From contig RDEW01000086.1 in the NCBI GenBank assembly GCA_011109175.1, positions 49,881-113,880 of the forward strand: DNA of 64,000 nt, written 5' to 3'. Shown piece by piece: positions 1-11,384 of the stretch. Below the pieces are notes generated by a model. The model did no database searches. It had not been told where the DNA came from and saw only the letters and a list, made by a program, of their open reading frames with translations. The first letter of the stretch is position 1. Each line of letters begins with the position of its first letter. The translations under genes and the position numbers were made by a program. Origin of the DNA: Dicyema japonicum (taxonomy: Eukaryota > Animalia > Dicyemida).

Positions 1-20
1 ATGGCGCGTATATTTCTGTC

Positions 21-732
21 ATGGATAGCGATTTCCCTAATTTCCCCCAGAAAGTCCAAATAATCTGTTTCCAATAACCTCGGTTGGAATTTTGAAGACG
101 ACGTCTTTTACTCCTATAACTCTGAAATGTTTCCGGAGTTTTTCACGGAAACGTACAATCTCTGTGAAAATCTGAACTTGAATAATAACTACAACAATTC
201 GTGTGACACTGATGACAAAATCTATTCACATTTTGAGCCCCCGTTTTGATAACTGGTTAGTTCTAAGACCTCTTTCTTATATTTTCCTACAAATTAACTC
301 TTTACTTTCATTTTAGAAAAGGAGAACCCTTCCCCTCAAAATTACGACTTTTCAATGATGCTTCAGCCATCGGAGGATCACTTTGTGACTCAAGTCGAGG
401 ACCCGGTAAAAACTGAGGATACATTTTGCTTTAATGATGAAGGATATCATTTTAATTCTCACTACAATAAGAAAAAATACATGAAAAATCGGGAGAAAGA
501 TCGAAGGAGAAAAATCGCCAGAAAAATAGACAAACTGAAGACATACATTCCATCGCTTGCTTGTAAAAAGGCAACGAAGGTTGTCATTTTGACCGAAGCT
601 ACGTCCTTAATTTTGGCAATGAAAAATAAATGTCTCCGCCAGATAGAAGAAGCGACGAGGCTGAAGTTGCTGGTCAAAGAGAAGTCAGAGTCCATATTGA
701 AGCAAATAGAATCCATCCCACGTGAGGAGTAG
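21..732 (+). pseudogene. Myc-like bHLH-ZIP gene, copy 1. Exon 1 is frameshifted; exon 2 with the bHLH-ZIP is intact; intron 256-316
   Basis: Exon 2 encodes REKDRRRKIARKIDKLKTYIPSLACKKATKVVILTEATSLILAM, which aligns to the Myc [20 protein letters not shown]...KAPKVVILKKATAYIL motif. A 61-nt GT..AG intron is present. Against copy 2, exon 1 has three 1-nt deletions in or near homopolymers, and ATG21 hits TAA at 75-77. Confidence 0.75.
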
Positions 733-849
733 TGAATTGACTCTAATTAATTTTCTTTTGTATTTTAGCTTTGTTTTGTTTTTTTATGTCACTTACAAAG
801 GCATTCCAATCACCAGCAATGAATATAAGGTAAGATGAAGAAATAAAAT

Positions 850-1900
850 TGTACACTTCATTTACAGTTGAGTAGAAACTCTAGTTCTTCAGGGCTAGAT
901 GAAACTTTGACTCCTGTTGGCGTATATAGATTCATTATAGAGATCACAGAATTCGGTCTATTCCCCCATCTGTTTCGCACAACAGCTACTCAGTCAGAAA
1001 CTTGCCAGATTCGAGTTACATGATTGCGGATATTGTGATCTAATCCATAGTGTCTACATGTTGCTGGAAGAGTAATTATGTAGTATTCATTATACCTATT
1101 CCTTTTCGAAGACATCTTATACTAGAGAAAAGATTTATCTACTAGAGAAGCTGCTCAGGTCAAATCTCTTTATCTTACTACCTTCAACATTTAGCCGCAC
1201 ATGAATTCGAGCGATAATTTTTCTACAAGATTAATATGTATGAATATCACGGAAAATAGGCTAATATACCATAATATGTATAACTGTGAGAAGCAGACAC
1301 CGATTGAGTTCGGACTCTTATAAATAAAATCAGTTGATTTTTGCTCTCAGAGAATTAATCTGTGAAAGTTTTAAAGTGAAATTCCATAAGCCCAGGAGTC
1401 ACAGGCTGTCTGCGACATTGAATCTGATCGTATCTTTATTAGGGACGTTGGGTATTTATCGACGTATTAAGAGTTCTCTTTAGTGAAACATCTATGTATT
1501 CTAGCTTCTTCTACGTTGGCCTCAATGATTCGGATGTTACCGAAACTGGGGTTAATAGTTTAATTTTTAATCATCTGACTTGGGAAATTGAATCCCTTCA
1601 AGAAATGATCCGGTGAAGAGTTAAAGACTAATCGTTGAAATACGTAACCAATAATAATGGGAGGAAAGTTATTAGATGATAGAATATTGCTAATTAACTA
1701 CAGGGCCCTGATAATATTTGGATTTTTCCGACCTCCGTCTAGTTAACCTTGTGTTATGGTACAACGAATCCAAAAAAAGTAATAACAGTTTTACCACTTC
1801 CAGTATTAAAGGTTGTTATTGGTGATTCTCATGTATGATATCTTTGCTGCTGAAGATTAAAGGTATATTAGCGATGTTCTATCAATTCATCTTTGTAAGG
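850..1900 (-). mobile_element. Decayed I-group LINE, RT C-terminal region (also at about 61700-62760)
   Basis: Minus-strand ACDSWAYG near 1400 matches the EYACASWAYG motif of the better-preserved LINE at 23680-24886. Many stops. Confidence 0.45.
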
Positions 1901-2439
1901 TATATAACAAGGAATGGTACTCATTTCTTTAGTTGTTATGATTGAGTCCTTTATCCGAATCCCCGACGATCTCTATGAATTAAGAGAACTTGCGAAAGAA
2001 AATTATAAAGCGGGTGATTTTGAAAAATGAAAATAAAATCAGAGTTAATCTTGGGGATTTTATAAATCCTTAGTAAGCGGAAATGAACCGTTCAAACAGC
2101 ACTTTGTATTTTACTTTGTCATCTAACATTATGCTACAAGGATACAAGTTCTGGAACGCTGGAACGAGGATCACCGTCTTGGGCCCGAAAACTCCATTTG
2201 TCTCGACGACAGTGGACTGAACATGGAATCTTGGAAAAAATTTAAAATCTAACAGTTAACATCTACTGGCTGTTTCATAATTGACAACTTATTTACCCTG
2301 ACTATTTGAAAGGAAATGCATCTTAAATAAGGTGCGTGCTTTTCCTAAGCTAAGGTTTACTAATGGAAACATTACTCTACTCTTGGTGGGAGGACTGTGT
2401 GGTTTTCTCATATATTGTTACGTTTTCCGGCATCATATT

Positions 2440-2710
2440 GTTTTGAGCAAGGATTTAGTCTACTTAACCATATAAGTAAGAAGTGGTTAATTTACTAACT
2501 GCCAAAAGAGGGACATCACTGTTGCTCTTAGTAAAAGAATCCCAAATAGAGAGAATCTGGTAAACCATCACCTAGGTAAAGGGTCATATTAACAATTTTT
2601 TATAAAAAAATACATTGCTATCTATAGTTATTATGGGGGCAATAAATTATTGACGGTGGCGAAAATATTTTTCATAGGGGCGATACGAAAAAAAAGGTAG
2701 AGAAACACTG
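2440..2710 (+). mobile_element. hAT (Charlie/Buster-like) 3' end fragment
   Basis: Transposase C-terminal remnant EQGFSLL..GD..L.PN, then a terminal sequence AGGTAGAGAAACACTG. Absent from duplicate copy 2. Confidence 0.55.
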
Positions 2711-2979
2711 ACTTAGATCATTGTCCTCAATTGATTAAAGCCAATGGGGTTTCGCCCCAATGGGGTTGTAAATAATTAATCTCCCCTCAGTTCTTCAAGA
2801 GAAGCTAGGACGTGAACTGTTTGTCATATCAAATATACATCCGGACACTAACTGACATATTCTTGGAACTAAAGGAAAACCTAAATCACACAACTCACTT
2901 GATTTCGTTACTTTCCTGTTAGCCACTTGTTTTCTAATAATCTCTCTTAGTCACTGAGGAAACTAGTCAAAAATGACTG

Positions 2980-3180
2980 AAGTGGTATGTGCTGACGACG
3001 AAACTTCATTTCCATGATTAGTTGACCTCGAAGAATTGCTCAACATAGTACCTCACGGCCTTGGAAAAATTGGTTCTTAAAAGTTAACACGGAAAAAAAC
3101 CGGAGTTCGTCAAAATAATCGGCCCACTATCAAGGACGAGGAAGAAAAAATCCAGTATGACTCTTCCAAACATGATTGGT
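2980..3180 (+). mobile_element. RTE-like RT fragment
   Basis: CADD motif and a WFLKVNTEKT-like segment across a frameshift, similar to the RTE-X relics elsewhere in the window. Confidence 0.4.
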
Positions 3181-3691
3181 AACTCGTTTCCGAGCCTCTG
3201 CAACTTGAAACTTATCTGACCTATCCACATTCCGACTGAAGGTTTTTTAGGAAGCAGGTGATGGCTCTTAGTTCAAATGTCTCTTACTTCCATCTTATTT
3301 CCATCAATTTCAATCTTATGACCAGTTAATCGACAGCAGCCATCAAGTTAAGCTGTAAACCCAGCTTTGTTAACATATAAGAAGCTGAGAATCTCACCAT
3401 CATTGACACCATATTTCAGTATAGGCAAGGTTCGACCCTGTATTGACAAATAATATAAAAAAATATTAATATTTGACGAATCAAAGTATATTGTCGGGGT
3501 TTAGACCCATGTGTGGTCAATAAGATACCCATTAGCAAAAAGAATGTTGATCCATAGATGTGATCTTCTTTAATCAAAACGCCAATAACATGATTCAAAC
3601 ACTAAAAATGTTCAGATCCACTCTTAAAGGTTTCCTGTACAGAGTCTTGAAAGGAATCGTCAATGGAGTGACAACAGGCGTTACTAGCCCG

Positions 3692-3780
3692 GCCGAAGCT
3701 CAGTTTAGTGGACTTTCTGACTGAACTAAACGTATGACCACATCCGATCTGAAGGTCGTGGGTTCGAATCCGATAGATGG
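3692..3780 (+). pseudogene. tRNA-Phe(GAA)-like pseudogene or SINE head with an insert after the anticodon
   Basis: GCCGAA..GCTCAGTT, then GACTGAA (anticodon 3723-3725), about 20 extra nt, then ATCTGAAGGTCGTGGGTTCGAATCC (B box). The acceptor stem does not close. A related 3' half lies at about 7228-7280. Confidence 0.55.
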
Positions 3781-4139
3781 AGTTTTCAGCAAACAAAAAA
3801 AATAAGTGAACAGCATTCCTTGGTTCTCCGTTAAAATTAGTGTAAGGTTTGTTTTCGTTACAGCCGTATCCGTACTGATCATCGTGTCCACAGGAATCTC
3901 TCCACAAATTCATTTGCGACAACGGATTTTACTGAATGGGTCTTCAGTTTCTTAGTTTTTCTTATTCATATTTAATTTTATTAATAAATTCATTATTAAT
4001 AAAATTTTTAAGCTTGTTCATCTCATAAGTAATCCTGCAATTCTTAATTTTTAAATTTATCCTCCGAAATTTAGAAGGAGTAGGACCAGGAAGTGAATCA
4101 AAATAAAAAATTATTATATGTAGGGAAATGCAGTCTGTA

Positions 4140-5000
4140 AGAGCATTTAATTGTGGGAAATGTGGCATCTCTAAAGGAAGTCTAAACGACTGAAAATTGA
4201 ATAGGTAAGAAATCTATGTGTAGGTTGTGCTACATCAAATTGGGTACATGGTTACCTATCAAATACGGAAGTTTATGGACACATTAAGACTTTATTACAT
4301 CAATGAGTGGCTCCGCCGATTTAGGAATAATTTGATATAAAATCCAAAGCCTTCAAGGCGAAGCACGGTCAGTTGATAAAAAGGAGCAGAAAACTTTCGA
4401 TCAAATGGTCAAGAAAACATTTTCAATTGTGACGAAACTGCAACTTTTTTATAAATCTTTGTCGAAAAAAGTGAATCATCCAAGGGACATAAGAAAAAAA
4501 CCTCTCTCGTGTTTTTATGTAGCAGCTACACTGGGAAATATATAAACCATAGGACGGTCAAAGTCACCAAGAGTACTGAGAATAAATAAAAAGCCAATGA
4601 CATTGAATATGATGATTCATTCAAAGATTTGATGACAAAAAGTATTTTGAAAATAGCTATCTCGTAATAAAAAAATGAAGGAAAGAAAACTAACATTATG
4701 ATGGATAATGCAACTTAACTAATTTTCCAATATTGTAACATCGACTATTCCAAAAATACAACTTCTTAATACATCCACATGATCAAGGGAAAATAAAAGC
4801 TTTAAAAACATTTACTGATGAAAATATTTATGATAAAAATGCTTTAGCTCAGATAGATGAAACTGTAAGGGATCACAATATGCACTATCATGTTCAACAT
4901 TGGCCTGGAACGAAACATATAAATCTGCAATACGAAATTGCTTTGAAAAGGCCTTGGATGTTGAACTTTGATACAACATAACGAAAGCACTATAAACAAC
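4140..5000 (+). mobile_element. pogo/Tigger transposase relic
   Basis: CENP-B HTH-like EWLRRFRNN, FNCDET and IGRSKSPR motifs in broken frames. Confidence 0.65.
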
Positions 5001-5369
5001 TGTAAACATGATGATCATATCATTGAATAGCAGCGAAACACTTATTGAACATTCAGAGTATAAAGAAGTCATAAGGACACGGAACGTGCATTCACAATGC
5101 TTCATATGTCGTCAAAAAGAAACTACTGCAAATGTTCTTAAATTATACAGTTTTTTGTGCATTCACTACAAAAAGAACAAAATAACATGAAAATAACAGT
5201 TATATATTCTGCAACAGTTTATTCTGAAGCCAATCAGGATGTTTGATTCTAGGGACAGGATTGTGAATTTAAATTATCAATACAACTACTCCTTGTAAAA
5301 AGGCCGGAATTGTTAAAATCGGCCAATCTTAATAAATCCAACCAATAACATGCCTAATGTCAAAATCAC

Positions 5370-5690
5370 TTCAAATTGTCGAGTCCAGCACGGGTCACCC
5401 TGTGCTGGTTGCATGTCACCTGTCATTAAATCAATATTAATTGGTTTCTAATCAAAAAATTTAATTTTTTGAAAGTCTATATATTTTGGACTTGAATCAA
5501 GTTGACTATTTTTAATTCCTAAAGTGCCTTGATATGTTATAAAAATATTAAATAATCCTCTATTTGGTTGTTCGACAAAATTTGAGTAATTTCACTTGGT
5601 TCTTCAAATGGAGATTCAAATCTGTGTACCTTTAGCCATGGATTAGTCTCATAATCCTTTAAGACTCGTATCTAAAATTATTCACTATAA
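5370..5690. repeat. Unclassified dispersed repeat (second copy about 25955-26300)
   Basis: Shared sequence; both copies translate on the minus strand as IRVL.DY.TNPWLK..RFESP.EE. Confidence 0.7.
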
Positions 5691-7184
5691 TTCCTAGTGA
5701 AAAATAATGTGTCGATTTATGAAAATACATTCTTTTGTTCATCCGCTTAAAATAAGCTGAATTTAGATTTGGAGGAAAAAATTCAGATCAAAATGATATG
5801 CATCTAAGTTTTCTAGCATCTAGTTTTCTACATTATACAATAATTACCTGAAACATTTGAAAAATGTTCCACGTCAAGATCATCTGATGATCGTGGATAA
5901 ACATCATCCGAACTCTCACTTTCTATGAATTTAAAAAATAATGAACTTTTATTCTGACGATTGACTGTGTTTATTCAAGAAACTCCTCTCAATTTTATAA
6001 ATGGAGTTTCATTTATAGCGAATGAATCGTAATATACGAACTTTAATGAATTTTTACTGTTTTTAGTTGATTGAAAAATTTATTGTCAAAGTTTGGTTAA
6101 ACTTTTCTATGATCCCAGGAAAAGAATAAACTATTATTTCATTATTTGTCATTGAACATGATTTGGTATTGCATAAAAGCACATGTTGAATATTTATACG
6201 GCAAAATATTATATAATTCCGACATGAGTAAAATTGATTAAAGTTACATTAAGTATGGCATCTGACTGTGATTGTTTTCCATAACTTTTCAGAGCACGTG
6301 ACATGTCTTAACTTTCTGAAAAATATTCGAATAATTCAGTCTATCTGAAAAACCCCATTAGAGTACAAAATGTCCAGGAATAATTATTATAAAAAGATTC
6401 AATATTATTCCCATCCAAGAACGACCCAAAAAGTAAGGACTGAAAATTCTTTACCAAATGTTACTCTCCTCGTCGTTTAATCTCAAATCCCTGAAGTAAA
6501 TGCAAGAATAACCTTCGAATTCAACTAAGAATTGTCAAATACAGCATATCCTTTTTTTGATTCCCTTCCCTCATAGTTGGAATCAGAGAATTACTGCCAA
6601 ATATGACCATAAATTTCAAAAATATAAAATTCTCAGATCGAGCAGAATAAATATATTTAGTTTTATTAATCAATTCCATTATTGATCATTTGAGAAATTT
6701 TCTTATAAATTAATAGCAAAACTACCCAATGACCAAATTATTTAATACTGAATTAATGAGTGATATTATTACTGTCGAGGCTAATGTTTTTAATTAAACA
6801 GAATCAGGAAAAGTGGATGGAATACCAAATTCGAGAGTATCCAATTCGAATGGCCTACTAGTATTAGAAAATATAACAACCCAATTCGTTGTATATTCTG
6901 ACTTGTTTTATTAATTATAGTAGAACCAGAATTACAAACAATTTCCATACTAATTATTATTAACCCCAAGCTTACCATTGTGAACCCAGCACAAACAGTC
7001 ATAACTAGCTAGAACCAAAGGGAGAACATCTGCTTGTGCCGACCAAATCCATCTTCCAATACTTCATTACAGGCTTCCGAAGAGAGGTGGAGAAGTAGGT
7101 CCGCCCTCTTCCATTTTTGTCCCACCTCCTACAGTCGCGGACATCACTTCATTCTTTAGCGGAATAGTTTTCATAATGCAATCT

Positions 7185-7388
7185 TCATCAGAGGGTTTGG
7201 TCAGGGAGAAATGTAACGTCTGATGACATCGGATCTGAAGGTCGTGGGTTCAAATCCGAAAGATGGAGTTTTCAGCAAAGGTCAATTCTGTCAAGCAGAT
7301 CCCACCCGTGAGGCGACGAGTCCTTCTGGCACGACACAGTTGTTAAAAGGGATCTTCCTACCTTTCTCCCTGACCAACCCTCTGATGA
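7185..7388. repeat. 26/27-bp inverted repeat enclosing a tRNA-derived fragment
   Basis: 7185-7211 TCATCAGAGGGTTTGGTCAGGGAGAAA versus 7363-7388 TTTCTCCCTGACCAACCCTCTGATGA (one indel). Confidence 0.8.
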
Positions 7389-8429
7389 TTTCCATACTAA
7401 ACCATCGAGCACTAAATAATAAACACAACAAACCCTTTTTAATAAACATTTTACCCAATCTCCATTCTTATTGGCATATGAAAGTTTATTTTTTCATACC
7501 TTCAATAATCTCTTAAACGTCACCTCCTATCTCAGAAATCCCTTACAGTGTTAATATAAAAAGGATTCTCTCGTTGACAAACTATGGCCTTCTTTTCCTT
7601 ACAAGTAGAATGTAATTATGTGATAGGCTTTCTGAAAGTAATCTAATTTAATTCAAAAATGAAACTCTTAATGTTTGTTTTTCATCCTTTGGTAGTTGGT
7701 AAATGGAAGTCTTTTCCCATTTTCTGTAAAGATTTCCTCATTTTGCAATTGTTTGTAATAAATTAAAGTTCTCCAGACTTAGAACTGCAATTTACATGAA
7801 TCCTTACTACTCTGTCCTCTCAATTCCAAATCATCTTACTTTGACGATTTGAACCAAGGCTATTTACATGACTTGAGGCACATTTACCATCACTTAGAAA
7901 GGCATATGGCTAAAATATACTAGAGTATTAGGGATCTTCCTACCTGTAGTCTATTAGTCAATATAATATTTGGACACTCATTCTCAACATCAACATAGTA
8001 TATCAATCGAGTACAAATAAATGTGGCTGATTTCTATTGTCCAATTCGTTCAAGAAGTTATCATACACTTAATCAAAATCGATATTATATTCCTCAGAGA
8101 ATAAGATATGTAGAAGTGAGCAAATATTATTAGTTAACCATTCAATGTTAGATTCACTATTTAAATTATTATAATCACTACAATTCTAAATTTATATGGT
8201 ACATCAGCTCTAAAAGTCCACTTTCTAATCCCCTCACGGGAAACCAACATATGTCCCTGATTGTATTACTTGTCCTTTGTTTAATTCCCTTCCCTCATAG
8301 TTGGAAGCAGACCATCCTCAATAAAACAATATGCTTCCATATGTTTGATTATCCCGCTATAGTAGCCTGTGTCAATAATAGTACCTCACAGAGAGTGCCT
8401 GTCCCTTTCCTAGAGCCTTACATATAATG

Positions 8430-9000
8430 TAATACCAAACTCATCAGGACTGTGGAATAATTAATGAGAATATACAAGTGTTAATAAAATTAATATAAAG
8501 TAGCTATAGCACCAGAGTAATTTGCAAAGGATTGAGGAACCTCACAGCCATAGAACGCTTATCTTCAGGGTCCATCTCAACTGGTTCATCATTTAATTTA
8601 GTTCGGTTACTCATTTAAGTGCCTGAATAGGTAAATGAACATCTCTTTTCACCCATCTAAAATAACAATAAAATGAACTTATCCACCATATTACATGCAC
8701 AACGACGAATATAATCTCCATGAGAATCCATCTTTACTCCAATCTCACATATATGGTTATATTATGAAATGAAGCTCAAGCATCTTAATGTGACAAATAC
8801 ATCTGACTGAAATTGTGTCATGTAGTCAGGAAAGGAATCAATGTAGATTTCTGATATTAATATAAATATAACGTCATCTGGCTGATTTATCATTGTAAAC
8901 TTTCCACCAACCCCAGGAATGAGAATATACTCGAAATCCTGAACATCATGAGGTACCACATCACGATTGATAGATGGAAATCCCTATGATAACTTAGATA
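8430..9000 (-). pseudogene. Possible decayed tiny-intron gene (Cys-containing extracellular segment plus hydrophobic segment)
   Basis: Coding-like stretches (FEYILIPGVGGKF, RRCACN, KRCSFTYSG, LQITLVL) separated by 22-nt GT-AG segments at 8657-8678 and 8851-8872. No continuous ORF could be built. Confidence 0.3.
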
Positions 9001-9499
9001 TGATACATTTCCATCAACAAAATACAATTCATAATGAAGAGCCGGAGAATTTTAATTATTCAAAAATATATCCTCAACTTAATGCTTCTTGAGAACATCA
9101 CACGTCACGTAAAAATGGATTATAGGGCATAGTTAGCTTTTATTACAATTCACCATACTTTAATTTTGTTTCCATCCTCCTCCATAAAGTAAGGTACACT
9201 GATGGCAAAGTTGACCATCCTCATCATTCGCTACGCTCTTCTCAATAATGTATGTTATACAGTCTTCATATTGATTAACCTACCTTCCTTCTCTGAGATT
9301 TTTTGTAATTCTTCATAGTCGTATCTCTGTTATCAAATAAATTCCTTGATTTTGCATTTACCGACGATCAATCTTTGTGCCCCACTATTTGATTTATTTA
9401 AATTTAATATTTAAAATATTAATTTAATATTAATAATATTTATCTTATCACTACTTTAGAATAAAACTCAAAGATTGTTAAAATAGTTATTATTATATG

Positions 9500-10900
9500 A
9501 ATATTGCTGATTTGATGTACAGTCTGCTATTTCCAAAAGACGAGGGCAGGAGATTTTACAAACGTTCTGGAAATTATAGAGTAATCCTACTCGCATCAGA
9601 CTGCAAATTCTATAGACAGGCTTTCGGTGTGCATAAAATTTACTTTCATGATGTATTTGCTTTTGGAAAATAAATGATCTGATTAACGTCATTCATTTAT
9701 TTATTGGACCCAAAGGGAAATCTAGACAGCTAATCACTTTTGTGAATATGTACGCCAGACATAATGGCCGCGTTTCTAAGACGCGGAGGAATTGGACGCT
9801 TTCTAAAGAACTTGCCAAAATTGTGTCTCACCTAAAGTCTTCCTCATTCCTCTTCATTGGCGGGCGATTGGAATGAGAATGTTTGAGTACAAAAAGAATA
9901 TAACATTTTATTGGACCACACGGAAGGGTGATCAAGAACTATCCTGGCACTGCTCTAGCATATTTCTTAGATGCTTTTGACTTGTTCCTGTGCAACACCT
10001 AATTTTAACATTCCGGACGTCATAAACAATGTGGGAAGGCTGCCGACTTTCGATGGATATCCGATAAAGATTTATAATCAATTATATTTTCTCTAATAAA
10101 AGACAATTCTCTTACGCTACTCGAGGTCTTATGGAGGACTCACTGTTAACAGTGTCGTGAGTAATGTTTCTGCAAAATTCAATCTAAAATCTGGTCTAAC
10201 TATGGAAGATGGCTATGAGATTATCCACGCGGAATCTAAAGAGATGTTTCATCCAAACACAATGTAGTTGACATTCCACGAGATCACGAAGGATGTACAT
10301 GACTAAACTCTTGCTTGTCAGCAAGAATGAAAATGAATATCAAAAGTTATATCAGAGTCAATCAGAAGTATAGGAACGGAAATTCCACCGGGAAAGGTAT
10401 GGTTCGAAACTGTGAGAGGATCCTTTCCGCGGCTGACAAACACCTTAGGAAACCTAAGCTCTACAGCAGTTAGCGTCACCCACACGTGCCAACTCTATTG
10501 AATCTACAGAATGATTTAAGGATCAGGTTCGAAAATAATGTGGATCCGCAAACTGTTTCCAAACTGAAACAAGAACGAAGGAGAATCGATAGAAAAATCA
10601 AACTCTTAAACAAAAAACATCAACACCAACTTGGAAAACAAGATTAAAAAGATCGAACTCTTTAACAGCGCTGCACAATTATAGGTATTCGACTAATCAA
10701 GAGGAAGAACCAAACAGAAAGCTTGTTTTATAAGACAGAAATCGGAAAACAATAGGAAATTCTGCCTAGTCATCCTTCTACACACCCTGCGAAAGATCGT
10801 TGCCTTGATTGTACTTAATCGGTTCCAAGAACTAGTGGACGGGTTCTTGACTCAGAGCCAGAGTGGGTTCACGACAGAGATCAACTGCTGATGTATTACG
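9500..10900 (+). mobile_element. L1/Tx1-like LINE endonuclease relic
   Basis: VNMYA and FIGG motifs of the APE domain; heavily interrupted. Confidence 0.4.
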
Positions 10901-11384
10901 ATGAATAGGTGACATTGTGCTATTCAGCAAAGAGAGTTAATCCTTGAATTGATCTCACCATAGCTTTAGACACTGTACGTCTAGGAAAACTCATACTTGA
11001 AAGTTTCCTGGATCAGGACTCGTTCACAATAATATGGATCCTCCTACCAAACACAGTGTACCGAAAACTGTAAGAAGATCATTAAACTTACTCGCTTCTT
11101 GGAGACTCTGAAGACATTGCCAGATGGAAATTATTTCTATGGTGACCATGCAATAGCTTTTGAACAGACGGAGCCAAAAGCGTCTAGTCTGTCCATCACT
11201 TCGACTCAGATTGTATGAGGCAGTCGTAAAACCGAATTTTACGTACAATTCTGGAACTTGGGGAATCTAGAAAACCAACTGATAAAGACTCGACTCCAAT
11301 CATTTTAACCACCTTTGGTCTCTCCTGTGATCGAAGTGGCCAAAGCGATGTTGATTGAAATACTGTACAAAAGATGCTCCTCTA

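Larger units (their letters stand above)
1..2988 (+). repeat. Segmental direct duplication, copy 1 (partner 60850-64000)
   Basis: Colinear high identity with 60850-64000 over the Myc gene, the LINE relic and flanks; ATG offset is 60849. Confidence 0.95.

Noticed and set aside
462-716. Antisense or overlapping ORFs on Myc (462-716, 60556-61026, 60780-60968, 61355-61570) and on the cadherin (38278-38724)
   Set aside because: Shadow frames of real genes with no recognisable motifs.
3416-3600. YWRFD hemopexin-like word on the minus strand
   Set aside because: A single short motif followed by a stop; insufficient.
7160-7195. CTGATGA hammerhead core on the minus strand (and at 7382-7388)
   Set aside because: No proper stem II, GAAAC or stems I/III could be formed.
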